From: an uncultured Chloroflexia bacterium
GTDB lineage: Bacteria; Chloroflexota; Limnocylindria; Limnocylindrales; CSP1-4
Length of the DNA stretch: 64,000 nucleotides
Assembly: GCA_963749735.1 (NCBI GenBank)
Contig: CAVVNZ010000004.1
Location: 104,567-168,566 of the forward strand
Direction of reading: 5' to 3'
Shown here: in pieces, positions 18,781 to 27,417 of the stretch
Position numbering within the stretch: the stretch's first letter is position 1
Layout: each line of letters starts with the position of its first letter
Made by a program: the position numbers and the translations under genes
Notes under the pieces: generated by a model
Database searches by the model: none
What the model was told of the DNA's origin: nothing
The model's input: the letters and a program-made list of their open reading frames with translations, nothing else

Positions 18781-19443
18781 TCAGCCGCCGGTCGAGCCTC
18801 CGGGGGTCTCGATCGCCTCAGCCGGGGTGCTGTTGACGACCCGGAGTCCGTGATGATGGGTCCGATCGAGGCAGAAGACCCGATACCAGACCGTGGTGCC
18901 CTGGGGCGCCCGATGGTCGATCCAGACCGTTCGGCCGCGATGCCAGGCGATCCCGACCAACCGATCGTGCGGGCCGAGCGGCCAGCTGACGGTCGCGTCG
19001 GTCGACCGGACGATCGCGTACCAGTCGAATGGGCCGGCTCCGCAGCGGGTCCAGTCGACCTTCACGCCGCGGTCGACGTTCGACAGCGTCAGGTCCATCG
19101 ACGCGGGCTTCGGGTCCGGCTTGGGCTTCTCGTTCGACCCGCCGGTGGGTGTCGGGGTCGGCGTGGGCGTCGGGGTCGTGCTCCCACCGCCCGGATCGCC
19201 GGGGCACGGGATGACGAATCCTTGCTCGTCCTGGCAGGTCGGCGCGGTGCTGACCAGCCCGATCGCGCCGAACGTGGTCGCGCCGAGCGACACGGCGCCG
19301 ACCAGAAGCAGCGCCCCGAGGAGGTTCGGCAGCACCACCGGCAGCCTGTGCCCCGTGCGGTGTCGTGTCCGAGGGGACGTGGCCCGCCTCGGGCCCACGC
19401 CCTCGTCGCGTTCGTCGAACCGACCTCGATCCATGAGTCCCAC
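18781..19443 (-). CDS. membrane-anchored protein with TPTPTP linker and FN3-like domain
   Basis: 220 aa with a TM segment (LPVVLPNLLGALLLVGAVSL). The C-terminal domain (VKVDWTRCGAGPFDWYAIVRS..WYRVFCL) resembles the anti-sigma C-terminal repeats. Confidence 0.6.
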   Translation of the reverse strand: MGLMDRGRFDERDEGVGPRRATSPRTRHRTGHRLPVVLPNLLGALLLVGAVSLGATTFGAIGLVSTAPTCQDEQGFVIPCPGDPGGGSTTPTPTPTPTPTGGSNEKPKPDPKPASMDLTLSNVDRGVKVDWTRCGAGPFDWYAIVRSTDATVSWPLGPHDRLVGIAWHRGRTVWIDHRAPQGTTVWYRVFCLDRTHHHGLRVVNSTPAEAIETPGGSTGG

Positions 19444-19687
19444 CCCGCTGTCATGTCGTTCGGACGGTCCGATCGGATCGGTCGCCGCGACCTGTATCGA
19501 CAGAACGTGGAGCGCCGGCCCGGATTACCGGTCGGCCGGCATCTGATGGTCCCGAAACGCGCACCGGACCAGCACCGGTACCCGGTCCGCGGCGAACGCA
19601 TCCAGGTCGTCGAGTCGCGACACCTCCGGTCTCCCGGCGTACCATCGGGGACCACGGACACCACCTCCGGCTGGAGGCCCCACCGCC

Positions 19688-20677
19688 ATGACCGATCCGC
19701 TGGCGCTCGACCCGATCCTGCCCGAGCCGGAGCGCAGCCGCCTGAACTTCGCCGCCGACGTCCCGCATGACGAGCGCTACCGCGTGTTCGAGGCGCACAT
19801 CGCCGCGGGGGGGACCGTCGAGGCCGGCGACTGGATGCCGGACGAGTACCGGACGGGCGTCCTCCGCTTCGTCGAGATGCACGCCAACAGCGAGCTGATG
19901 GGCGTCCTCCCGGAGCGCGAGTGGCTGATGCGCGCCCCGACGCTCAAGCGGAAGCTGGCGCTGACGGCCAAGGTCCAGGACGAGGTCGGGCACGCCCAGC
20001 TGCTCTACCGGGTCGCGGAGGACCTCGGGAAACCCCGCGAGGCGATGCTCGACGATCTGCTGGCGGGCCGGACGAAGTTCCACAACGTCTTCCACTACCC
20101 GACCCGCAGCTGGGGCGACGTCGGGGTCATCGCCTGGCTGGTCGATGCGGCCGCGATCGTCGCGCAGCAGGCGCTTCGCGACAGCAGCTACGGCCCGTAC
20201 GCCCGGACCATGCGCAAGATCTGCTGGGAGGAATCGGTCCACATCATGCACGGGCGCGACGTCGTCGTGACCATGGTCACCGGGACGAGCGTCCAGCGGG
20301 CGATGGTCCAGGAGGCGCTCGATCGCTGGTGGGGACCGCTGATGCAGATGCACGGACCGCGATCGCCGCGCGAGCGCGACCGGGACCTCCATTGGCGGAT
20401 CAAGGCGAAGACGTCAGAGGAGCTCCGCCAGGAGTTCCTCGGGATCTACGTCCCCCGGATCCTCGAGCTGGGCCTCACGATCCCCGACCCCGACCTCAGG
20501 TTCGACGCCGCAGCCGACGCGTGGCGCTACGGCGAGCCGGACTGGGACGAGCTGCGGACGGTCGTCACGAACCACGGCCCGATGTCCCAGGCCCGTCTCG
20601 AGTTCCGCCGTCTGAACCGTGCCGAGACGCAGTGGGTGCGCGACTCGATCCTCGCCGCCCCACGCGCGGCTGCCTGA
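19688..20677 (+). CDS. paaA: 1,2-phenylacetyl-CoA epoxidase subunit A
   Basis: 329 aa with a di-iron ferritin-like pattern (NSELMG..QDEVGHAQLLY...CWEESVHIMHG). Confidence 0.9.
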   Translation: MTDPLALDPILPEPERSRLNFAADVPHDERYRVFEAHIAAGGTVEAGDWMPDEYRTGVLRFVEMHANSELMGVLPEREWLMRAPTLKRKLALTAKVQDEVGHAQLLYRVAEDLGKPREAMLDDLLAGRTKFHNVFHYPTRSWGDVGVIAWLVDAAAIVAQQALRDSSYGPYARTMRKICWEESVHIMHGRDVVVTMVTGTSVQRAMVQEALDRWWGPLMQMHGPRSPRERDRDLHWRIKAKTSEELRQEFLGIYVPRILELGLTIPDPDLRFDAAADAWRYGEPDWDELRTVVTNHGPMSQARLEFRRLNRAETQWVRDSILAAPRAAA

Positions 20678-20682
20678 TCGCC

Positions 20683-21087
20683 GTGCTTCCCCCGTCGACG
20701 ATCGAGCCCGGGGAGCCTGCGGGCGCCGACCCGGAGCCCGGGGACGGTCGGCTCGAACCATACGAGGTCTTCCGCCAGGAGAAGGAGGGCGACGCGATGC
20801 GTCACGGCGGGAGCGTCCTCGCGCCGGATGCGACACTCGCGACGCACTACGCCCGAGAGCTCTACGGCCGCCGCCAGGAATCCGTCCGCCTATGGGTCGT
20901 CCGCCGGGCGGACATCGTCGAGCTCGGCGATCCCGATCTCCTCCAGCCGCCGCTCGACCGATCGTTCAAGAAGCCGGGCGGCTACGTCATGCGCGACAAG
21001 CTCGAGGCGGCCCGCGACCGGGCCGGCACGTCGAAGCCGCAGCCGAGGCCGGGATCGAAACGGACCCCGCCGGCGACGGGAGGCTGA
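20683..21087 (+). CDS. paaB: 1,2-phenylacetyl-CoA epoxidase subunit B
   Basis: C-terminal part of ORF 19921..21087, starting at GTG 20683. Core YEVFRQEKEGDAMRHGGSVLAPD...YGRRQESVRLWVV matches my recollection of PaaB. It has a longer C-terminal tail than E. coli PaaB. Confidence 0.8.
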   Translation: MLPPSTIEPGEPAGADPEPGDGRLEPYEVFRQEKEGDAMRHGGSVLAPDATLATHYARELYGRRQESVRLWVVRRADIVELGDPDLLQPPLDRSFKKPGGYVMRDKLEAARDRAGTSKPQPRPGSKRTPPATGG

Positions 21088-21089
21088 CC

Positions 21090-21872
21090 GTGTCCTCGGG
21101 CGACCATCTGCTGCCGGCCACGCGCAACGCGCTCGCGATCCAGCTGCTAGCCATCGCCGACGACGAATTCGTCATCGGCTCCAGCGACTCCGAGTGGACC
21201 GGCATCGCACCGATCCTCGAGGAAGACGTGGCGATGAGCTCGATCAGCCAGGACGAGATCGGGCACGCGCGCGCGTTCTACGAGCTCCTGGCGGAGCTGG
21301 TCGCCGACGGTCGCGACGCCGACGCGATCGCCTACGACCGGCCGGCGACCGGCTACTACCACGCCCGCCTGCTCGACCATCCGCGCGGCGACTGGGCGCA
21401 GACGATCGCCCGCCGCTACCTCTACGACACGGCGGACGCGGTCCGTCTCGAGGCGCTCTCGGGGTCGAGCTGGGCGCCCCTCGCGGCGCTCGTCGGCAAG
21501 GTCCGGCGCGAGGAGCGGTATCACCTGATGCATGCCACGACCTGGCTCGAGCGTCTCGCCGGGGCCGAGGGTGGACCACGCCGCCGGCTCGTCGACGCGC
21601 TCGAGCGTCTCGGTCCCGACGCCGGAACGGTGCTCTGCCCGCTGCCGTCCGAGATGGCCCTGGTCATGGCCGACATCAGCACCGGGGTCGGCGCCGAGCT
21701 CGAGGCACGCTGGCGGGTGGCCATCGCGCCGACCTTCGAACGGCTGATCCTCCCGATGCCGCCCCCGACCCGGTCGCCGGAGACCGCCCGGTCACATCAT
21801 TCCGCGGCCTTCGCGGAGCTGCACGAGGCGTTCACCTCGGTCCGCCGGATCGATCCGGCGGCGACCTGGTGA
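21090..21872 (+). CDS. paaC: 1,2-phenylacetyl-CoA epoxidase subunit C
   Basis: C-terminal part of ORF 20619..21872, starting at GTG 21090. Contains LLAIADDEFVIGSSDSEWTGIAPILEEDVAMSSISQDEIGHAR. Confidence 0.8.
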   Translation: MSSGDHLLPATRNALAIQLLAIADDEFVIGSSDSEWTGIAPILEEDVAMSSISQDEIGHARAFYELLAELVADGRDADAIAYDRPATGYYHARLLDHPRGDWAQTIARRYLYDTADAVRLEALSGSSWAPLAALVGKVRREERYHLMHATTWLERLAGAEGGPRRRLVDALERLGPDAGTVLCPLPSEMALVMADISTGVGAELEARWRVAIAPTFERLILPMPPPTRSPETARSHHSAAFAELHEAFTSVRRIDPAATW

Positions 21873-22429
21873 TGGACGGACGCGCTGCGCCCACGCCTCC
21901 GCCGGGTCCGGCCGGGACCGCGGCCTCCACCCGGGCCGCGACCCCGGGCCTTGCCGCAATTCGCGCGGCGCTAGCGGACCTCCCGGATCCGGAGCTGCCC
22001 ATCGTCACGATCGCCGAGCTCGGCATCCTCGGTCGGATCAGCCGCAAGGCCGGTCGCGTCGGCCTCCGCGTCGAGCTCCACCCGACGTTCGTCGCCTGTC
22101 CGGCCACCGACATGATCCGTGCCTCGGTGATCGCCCGGCTCGGCGAGGTCGCGCCGGGGCAGGTCGTCGACGCCGCCCTCGTGTTCGACCCGCCGTGGAC
22201 CAGCGACCGGATCACCCGCGCCGGACGGGCGAAGCTGGCCGCCGCGGGGATCGCTCCGCCGCTCGTCTCCGATCCGACCGTGCCGATCGCCCTCGATGCG
22301 GTCGTTCCCTGCCCGACCTGCGGGTCGCGCCGGACGCGCCTGGAGAACCTGTTCGGGCCGACGCTCTGTCGGACGATCCGGTGGTGCCCCGACTGCCGCC
22401 AGCCGTTCGAGGCCATCAAGACGGTCTAG
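21872..22429 (+). CDS. paaD: phenylacetate-CoA oxygenase subunit PaaD
   Basis: C-terminal part of ORF 20828..22429. ATG at 21872 overlaps the paaC stop. Contains PIVTIAELGILG..HPTFVACPA.. and a C-terminal CPTCGS..CPDC. Confidence 0.8.
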   Translation: MDGRAAPTPPPGPAGTAASTRAATPGLAAIRAALADLPDPELPIVTIAELGILGRISRKAGRVGLRVELHPTFVACPATDMIRASVIARLGEVAPGQVVDAALVFDPPWTSDRITRAGRAKLAAAGIAPPLVSDPTVPIALDAVVPCPTCGSRRTRLENLFGPTLCRTIRWCPDCRQPFEAIKTV

Positions 22430-22496
22430 CCCGATCCCGACGTTCCCCGTCGAGGGCGGCGACGGTGGCGCGAGCCGACCGGGTACGCTGCCCGGC

Positions 22497-23804
22497 ATGA
22501 CCCAGGTCGCAGGGATCGTCGGCGTGGTCGGGTCCGGGACGATGGGTGCCGGCATCGCCCAGGTGGCACTCGAGGCCGGCGAGCGGGTGGTCCTCCACGA
22601 TCCGGATCCGGAGGCGCTGGCACGCGGGGTCGCGCGGATCCGCGACGGCCTCGGGCGACGCCGACGGACCGTCGGCCCCGGGTCCGCCGAGCGGAAGACG
22701 CACGGCGTGGACGAGGCCATGGCCCGCCTCGCCACCGAACCGGATCTTGGGCGGCTGGCGGCGAGGAGCGACCTCGTGATCGAGGCCGCGATCGAAGACC
22801 TGTCGGTCAAGCGCGCGGTCTTCGTCGCGCTCGACGCCGCCGCATCGCCGCAGACCATCCTGGCGACGAACACCAGCGCGCTGTCCGTCGAGGCGATCGC
22901 CGACGCCACCCGGCGACCGGACCGGGTGATCGGCCTGCACTTCTTCAACCCGGCGCCGCTGATGGCCCTGGTCGAGGTGGTGGCCGCTCCCGGCTCCGAC
23001 CCGGGTGTGGTCGACCGTGCGCTGCGCCGGATGGCGGGTTGGGGCAAGACGCCCGTCCGGACGTCGGACTCGCCGGGGTTCGTCGTCAACCGGGTCAACC
23101 GACCGTTCACGCTCGAGGCGCTCCAGATGCTCGAGCTCGGGCTCGGCTCGGTCGAGACGATCGACGAAGCGATCCGAGCGGCCGGGTTCCCGATGGGGCC
23201 GTTCGAGCTGATGGACCTCGTCGGGATCGACGTCAACCTCGCCGCCGCGCGCGGCATCTTCGAGGCGACCCGGTACGAGCCCCGCTTCCGGCCCTCGGTC
23301 ATCCAGGAGCGCCTGGTCGAAGCCGGCCGGTTGGGTCGCAAGACGGGCGAGGGCTTCTACTGGTACGGCGAGGATGGGCGGCGACTCGGGATGGCCGGAG
23401 CGTTCGTCGAGGAGCCGGCTGCGACCCCCGGATCGAGACCGTCCGTCCCGCGGCTCCTGCCGTCGGGCGACGCGCTGACCGGACCGGTCGATCCGGCGGA
23501 CCAGGGGCCGATCGATCCGGCGGATCCGGCGGCCGAGGGGCCGATCGTCGAGCGGATCGTCCTGGCGATCGTCAACGAGGCGTATCGAGCGGTCGGTGAT
23601 GGCGTCGCGACGTCCGACGACGTCGACCTGGCCCTGCGGCTCGGGGCTGGTCACCCGTGGGGACCGTTCTCGTTCGTCCAGCGGGCCGGCGGACCGGTGG
23701 CGATCGTCGATCGGCTCGAGCGGATCGAAGCCCGCCGGGACGACGGAGAGGGCCGGTTCGACCCGGCGCCGCTGCTGCGCGCGCGGGCACTGGCCGAGGG
23801 CTGA
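22497..23804 (+). CDS. 3-hydroxyacyl-CoA dehydrogenase (PaaH/FadB-like)
   Basis: Within ORF 22296..23804, starting at ATG 22497. Rossmann motif VGVVGSGTMGAGIAQV, followed by ..GLHFFNPAPLM..SPGFVVNR. Confidence 0.85.
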   Translation: MTQVAGIVGVVGSGTMGAGIAQVALEAGERVVLHDPDPEALARGVARIRDGLGRRRRTVGPGSAERKTHGVDEAMARLATEPDLGRLAARSDLVIEAAIEDLSVKRAVFVALDAAASPQTILATNTSALSVEAIADATRRPDRVIGLHFFNPAPLMALVEVVAAPGSDPGVVDRALRRMAGWGKTPVRTSDSPGFVVNRVNRPFTLEALQMLELGLGSVETIDEAIRAAGFPMGPFELMDLVGIDVNLAAARGIFEATRYEPRFRPSVIQERLVEAGRLGRKTGEGFYWYGEDGRRLGMAGAFVEEPAATPGSRPSVPRLLPSGDALTGPVDPADQGPIDPADPAAEGPIVERIVLAIVNEAYRAVGDGVATSDDVDLALRLGAGHPWGPFSFVQRAGGPVAIVDRLERIEARRDDGEGRFDPAPLLRARALAEG

Positions 23805-23895
23805 CCGGGCGGTCGAAGGCGCGCTCGGCGTTCTTGTCGCATCATGCGTGGGCCCGTCCAGCCCACCCTGTCGACGGGATCATCCCGAGGCATCC

Positions 23896-24591
23896 GTGAT
23901 CTCTCGCACCATCGCCCTCGTTGCCGTCGCCACGCTGATCGTCGCCTGTGGATCGTCGACCGGCGGCGCCACCGTCCCGGCCACGTCCGGCCCCTCGGCG
24001 ATCGGCCCGTCGAGCGCCCCGACCGCATCCCCGTCGACCGCCGCCGTGGCCACCCCGGGCGCGAGCGCGGCGCCGGCATCGACCGGCCCGAGCGATTCCC
24101 CCGAACCCTCGGTCGACTCGCACGGCGTGCCGGCGCTCGAGAAGCTCCTTCCGGCCACCATCGGGGGCGTGGCACTCGAACGCATCAGCCTCAAGGGCGC
24201 CGACTTCTACGCGACCGGGAGTGCCGACAACCAGACCCACCTCGACGCCTTCCTGAAGGGGCTCGGAAAGACCGTCTCCGACCTCCAGGTCGGGGACGCC
24301 TACGATCCGTCGGGCCTGACGCGTCTCGAGGTCGGCGTCTTCCAGGTGGTCGGCGCGAAGCCGGCCGAGCTGCTCTCGGGATGGGTCGCCTCGACCCAGG
24401 CATCGAAGCCGGGGATGATCGCGGTGACGAACACCACCGTCGACGGCCAGGCGCTGACCAAGCTCGTCGACGGGACCCGCGACGTCGGCAAGACCACCTA
24501 TGCCTACGCCAAGGGAGACACGATCTTCCTGATCGCAGCCGACGACCTCGGGCTCGTGTCCGGCGCCCTCGCGCAGCTGCCGAAGCCCTGA
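23896..24591 (+). CDS. lipoprotein of unknown function
   Basis: C-terminal part of ORF 23596..24591, starting at GTG 23896. Lipobox LIVACGSS, an S/A/P-rich linker, then a globular domain ending GDTIFLIAADDLGLVSGALAQLPKP. Confidence 0.65.
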   Translation: MISRTIALVAVATLIVACGSSTGGATVPATSGPSAIGPSSAPTASPSTAAVATPGASAAPASTGPSDSPEPSVDSHGVPALEKLLPATIGGVALERISLKGADFYATGSADNQTHLDAFLKGLGKTVSDLQVGDAYDPSGLTRLEVGVFQVVGAKPAELLSGWVASTQASKPGMIAVTNTTVDGQALTKLVDGTRDVGKTTYAYAKGDTIFLIAADDLGLVSGALAQLPKP

Positions 24592-24672
24592 CAGGGGTTC
24601 GCGGCCGGGCGTACGATGCGCCGGCACATCCCGCGTCCGGGGACCTGCCCCGTCGCCGGTGAGGAGGACCAG

Positions 24673-25303
24673 ATGAGTCGATCCATGCCCAGCCGCGTCG
24701 CTCGCGGCCGGACGTTCGCGAGCGTCGCCCTGATCGGCGCGGTCGCCCTGCTCGCGGCGTGCGGCGGTTCGTCGACGGCCGCCACGCCGGGCGCCGAGCG
24801 TGCCGGTGGTCGTGAACCCCGGCGCCAGCGACGCCGGGAACAACGGGTTCGCCCAGAGCGCCAAGCTCGAGGCCACGCTCCCGAAGACCGCCAACGGCGT
24901 GACGCTGACGACCGGATCGACGAACGTCCTCCAGCTCTACACGACCGGGAACGTGGCGCTCAACCTGCTCACGACGTTCTCGGTGGATCTCAACGTGCCA
25001 CCGGCTCAGATCGGGGCGGCCGCAGCGATCGACGCGACGGGCGGCACGATCCAGATGGTCGCCGGGCAGTTCACGGGCCAGACCAGCGCGGCCCTCCAGG
25101 CCGAGTTCGAGAAGGTCGCCACGACGACCGACCCCAAGGTGACCCTGGCCAACACCACGATCGGCGGGAAGCAGGTCACGACCGCGACGTTCCCGGGCTC
25201 GCAGACCGGCCCGGTCATCGGCTACATCACCGGCGACACGATCTACATCACCCAGTCTGCCGTGCCGGCGACCGCCGAGGACGCGATCAAGCAGCTGCCG
25301 TGA
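24673..25303 (+). pseudogene. paralogous lipoprotein, apparently frameshifted near 24780-24800
   Basis: GAGGAGGA followed by ATG 24673 gives the lipoprotein signal [34 protein letters not shown] in frame 1. The homologous body (ORF 24800..25303, ..[23 protein letters not shown]) is in frame 2, which has a TGA at 24731. Confidence 0.55.
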
Positions 25304-26685
25304 CGATCGGACGCTCCCTCGACCGACCGCTCCGCGACCCCTGGATCGTCGCCGCGGTCCGGACGCCGATCGGTCGGTACGGTGGCGCGCTCGCGACGAT
25401 CCGTCCGGATGACCTCGCCGCGGCGGTCCTGCGAGCGGTCGTCGACCGGGCCGGTCTCGACCCGGCCCTCGTGGAGGACGTCATCCTCGGCTGTGCCAAC
25501 CAGGCCGGCGAGGACAATCGCGACGTCGCGCGGATGGCGCTCCTCCTCGCCGGGTTCCCCGTCGAGGTGGCCGGGCTGACCGTCAACCGCCTGTGCGGGA
25601 GCGGGCTCCAGGCGATCAACTCGGCGGCCCACGCCATCCAGGTCGGGGACGGCGACGTGTTCATCGGGGGCGGGGTCGAGTCGATGACCCGAGCGCCGTA
25701 CGTCATGGCCAAGCCGGCCGCAGCCTGGGATCGGGGCTCGCGCGAGCTGGAGGATTCGACGCTCGGGTGGCGCTTCGTCAACCCGAAGCTGGCCGCGGCC
25801 CATTACCCGTACTCGATGGGCGAGACCGCGGAGAACGTGGCCGAACGCTGGTCGGTCGACCGTGCGCGCCAGGATGCGTTCGCCCTCGCCTCCCAGCAGA
25901 AGGCCGTGGCGGCGATCGACGCCGGCCGGTTCGACTCGCAGATCGTGCCGATCCCCGTCCCGCAGAAGAAGGGCGACGACGTCGTCGTCAGCCGCGACGA
26001 GCATCCCCGGGCGGACACGACCGCCGAGGCGCTCGGTCGCCTCCGACCGGCGTTCCGCGAGGGTGGCACGGTCACGGCGGGGAACGCATCGGGCATCAAC
26101 GACGGCGCCTCGGCGGTCCTCCTGGTCGAGGCGGGCCGGGCCCGCGCGCTCGGTCTGTCGCCCCTCGCCCGGATCGTGTCGACCGCCGTCGCCGGCGTCG
26201 ATCCCGCGATCATGGGGATCGGTCCGGTCCCGGCCACCCGGAAGGCGCTCGAGCGGGCGGGGATCTCGGTCGACGACCTCGACCTCGTCGAGCTCAACGA
26301 GGCCTTCGCCAGCCAGTCGGTCGTGTGCATCGACGAGCTCGGTCTGGACCCCGCCACGGTCAACGTGAACGGCGGAGCGATCGCGCTCGGGCACCCGCTC
26401 GGGATGAGCGGCGGTCGGTTGATCACGATGCTCGTCCACGAGCTGGTCCGGACCGGCGGCCGCTACGGTCTGGCGACGATGTGCATCGGGGTGGGGCAGG
26501 GGATCGCCACGATCGTCGAGCGGATCGACGCGCTAGGTCGGACGTTCGGGTCCCGGCGGCAGGTATTTTCAGCGCGACGCTTGTCGAAACTCGTTGCCGT
26601 GCGTACGATGGCGGTGGACATCAACCGATCCGACCCTCGCCCGGAGGACGCAGCGCATGCTCGAGACCCAGCCGACCTTCCTTGA
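25300..26685 (+). CDS. acetyl-CoA C-acyltransferase (thiolase; PaaJ/FadA-like) with an abnormal C-terminal tail
   Basis: Part of ORF 24616..26685. GTG 25300 overlaps the lipoprotein stop. Contains [46 protein letters not shown] and [15 protein letters not shown]. About 50 extra residues follow the usual end. Confidence 0.85.
   Translation: MTIGRSLDRPLRDPWIVAAVRTPIGRYGGALATIRPDDLAAAVLRAVVDRAGLDPALVEDVILGCANQAGEDNRDVARMALLLAGFPVEVAGLTVNRLCGSGLQAINSAAHAIQVGDGDVFIGGGVESMTRAPYVMAKPAAAWDRGSRELEDSTLGWRFVNPKLAAAHYPYSMGETAENVAERWSVDRARQDAFALASQQKAVAAIDAGRFDSQIVPIPVPQKKGDDVVVSRDEHPRADTTAEALGRLRPAFREGGTVTAGNASGINDGASAVLLVEAGRARALGLSPLARIVSTAVAGVDPAIMGIGPVPATRKALERAGISVDDLDLVELNEAFASQSVVCIDELGLDPATVNVNGGAIALGHPLGMSGGRLITMLVHELVRTGGRYGLATMCIGVGQGIATIVERIDALGRTFGSRRQVFSARRLSKLVAVRTMAVDINRSDPRPEDAAHARDPADLP
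26581..26609 (+). promoter_or_regulatory. candidate promoter for the Fe-S carrier gene
   Basis: TTGTCG (26581-86), a 17-nt spacer, then TACGAT (26604-09), in a locally less GC-rich stretch 48 nt upstream of ATG 26657. Confidence 0.35.
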
Positions 26686-27037
26686 CCTGACCGACGCGGC
26701 CGCATCGAAACTGCGCGAGATCACGGCCGAGGAGACCAATCCGGACGTCGGCTTGCGCGTCTACGTCTACAGCGGCGGCTGCTCGGGCTTCAAGTACGGG
26801 ATGATGATCGAGGACGCCCCGACCGAGGAAGACCGCATCCTCCACGCCAACGGCGTCACCGTCTACGTGGACGGCAAGAGCGTCGATCTCCTCCAGGGCG
26901 CCCAGATCGACTACGTCGACACCCTGATGGGTGCCGGGTTCACGGTCAACAACCCGAACGCCGTCAGCGCCTGCGGCTGCGGCTCGAGCTTCCGGACCGC
27001 CGAGGACTCCGGCTCGCCCCGGAGCTGCGCCCACTAG
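26657..27037 (+). CDS. A-type iron-sulfur cluster carrier (IscA/ErpA/HesB family)
   Basis: Within ORF 26594..27037, starting at ATG 26657. Contains [17 protein letters not shown] and a C-terminal CGCGSSF. Confidence 0.85.
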   Translation: MLETQPTFLDLTDAAASKLREITAEETNPDVGLRVYVYSGGCSGFKYGMMIEDAPTEEDRILHANGVTVYVDGKSVDLLQGAQIDYVDTLMGAGFTVNNPNAVSACGCGSSFRTAEDSGSPRSCAH

Positions 27038-27058
27038 TCCCGCCTCGCTCCTCCTCGA

Positions 27059-27094
27059 GAAGCCGCCGGACCCCCAACCGGCGGCTTCTTGATT
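27059..27094 (+). terminator. intrinsic terminator candidate
   Basis: 11-bp stem GAAGCCGCCGG / CCGGCGGCTTC with an 8-nt loop, followed by TTGATT, 22 nt after the stop. Confidence 0.5.
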
Positions 27095-27417
27095 CCCGGC
27101 GGGCGGTCGGACGTCGATCCGCGTGATGTCGTGACCATCGACCCCGACGCCCGGTACCGACGGGCGATGGTCTCGATCGGCGCGCTACCCGAGGCTTCAC
27201 TCTGTGCCCGACGACGTCCGGCATCCGAAGACAGGGGATCGACACGGTCCGACGTAGCGCGTCATGGATCTACCTGGCCGCCGGCCTGGCTGCCGCCGGC
27301 GTCTACTTCCTGCTGCCCTCCGGGAGTCTCGAGCAGGACCTCCTGTACGACGCGATCGGGGCCTCGGCGGTCGTCGCGATCGTCCTCGGCGTTCGCATCC
27401 GGCGTCCCGAGCGTCCG

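Noticed and set aside
19146-19180. Short-period repeat (ggtgtcggggtcggcgtgggcgtcggggtc) considered as a microsatellite or CRISPR-like element
   Set aside because: It simply encodes the TPTPTPTPT linker of the minus-strand membrane protein. There are no spacers and no repeat-spacer architecture. I saw no CRISPR array anywhere in the window.
19444-19687. Partial palindrome around ACCGGT (GGACCAGCACCGGTACCCGGTCC) upstream of paaA, considered as a PaaR-type operator
   Set aside because: The symmetry is weak outside the 6-bp core. It does not match the operator consensus I remember, and no paaR/paaX-like regulator gene is adjacent.
20619-22429. Long N-terminal extensions of the paaB, paaC and paaD ORFs in the track (also for the ligase, thiolase, ATPase, MTase and others)
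   Set aside because: The track reports the longest ORF. The upstream parts overlap the preceding genes in other frames and are R/P-rich. I trimmed each to an internal start that abuts or overlaps the preceding stop, or follows a Shine-Dalgarno-like sequence.
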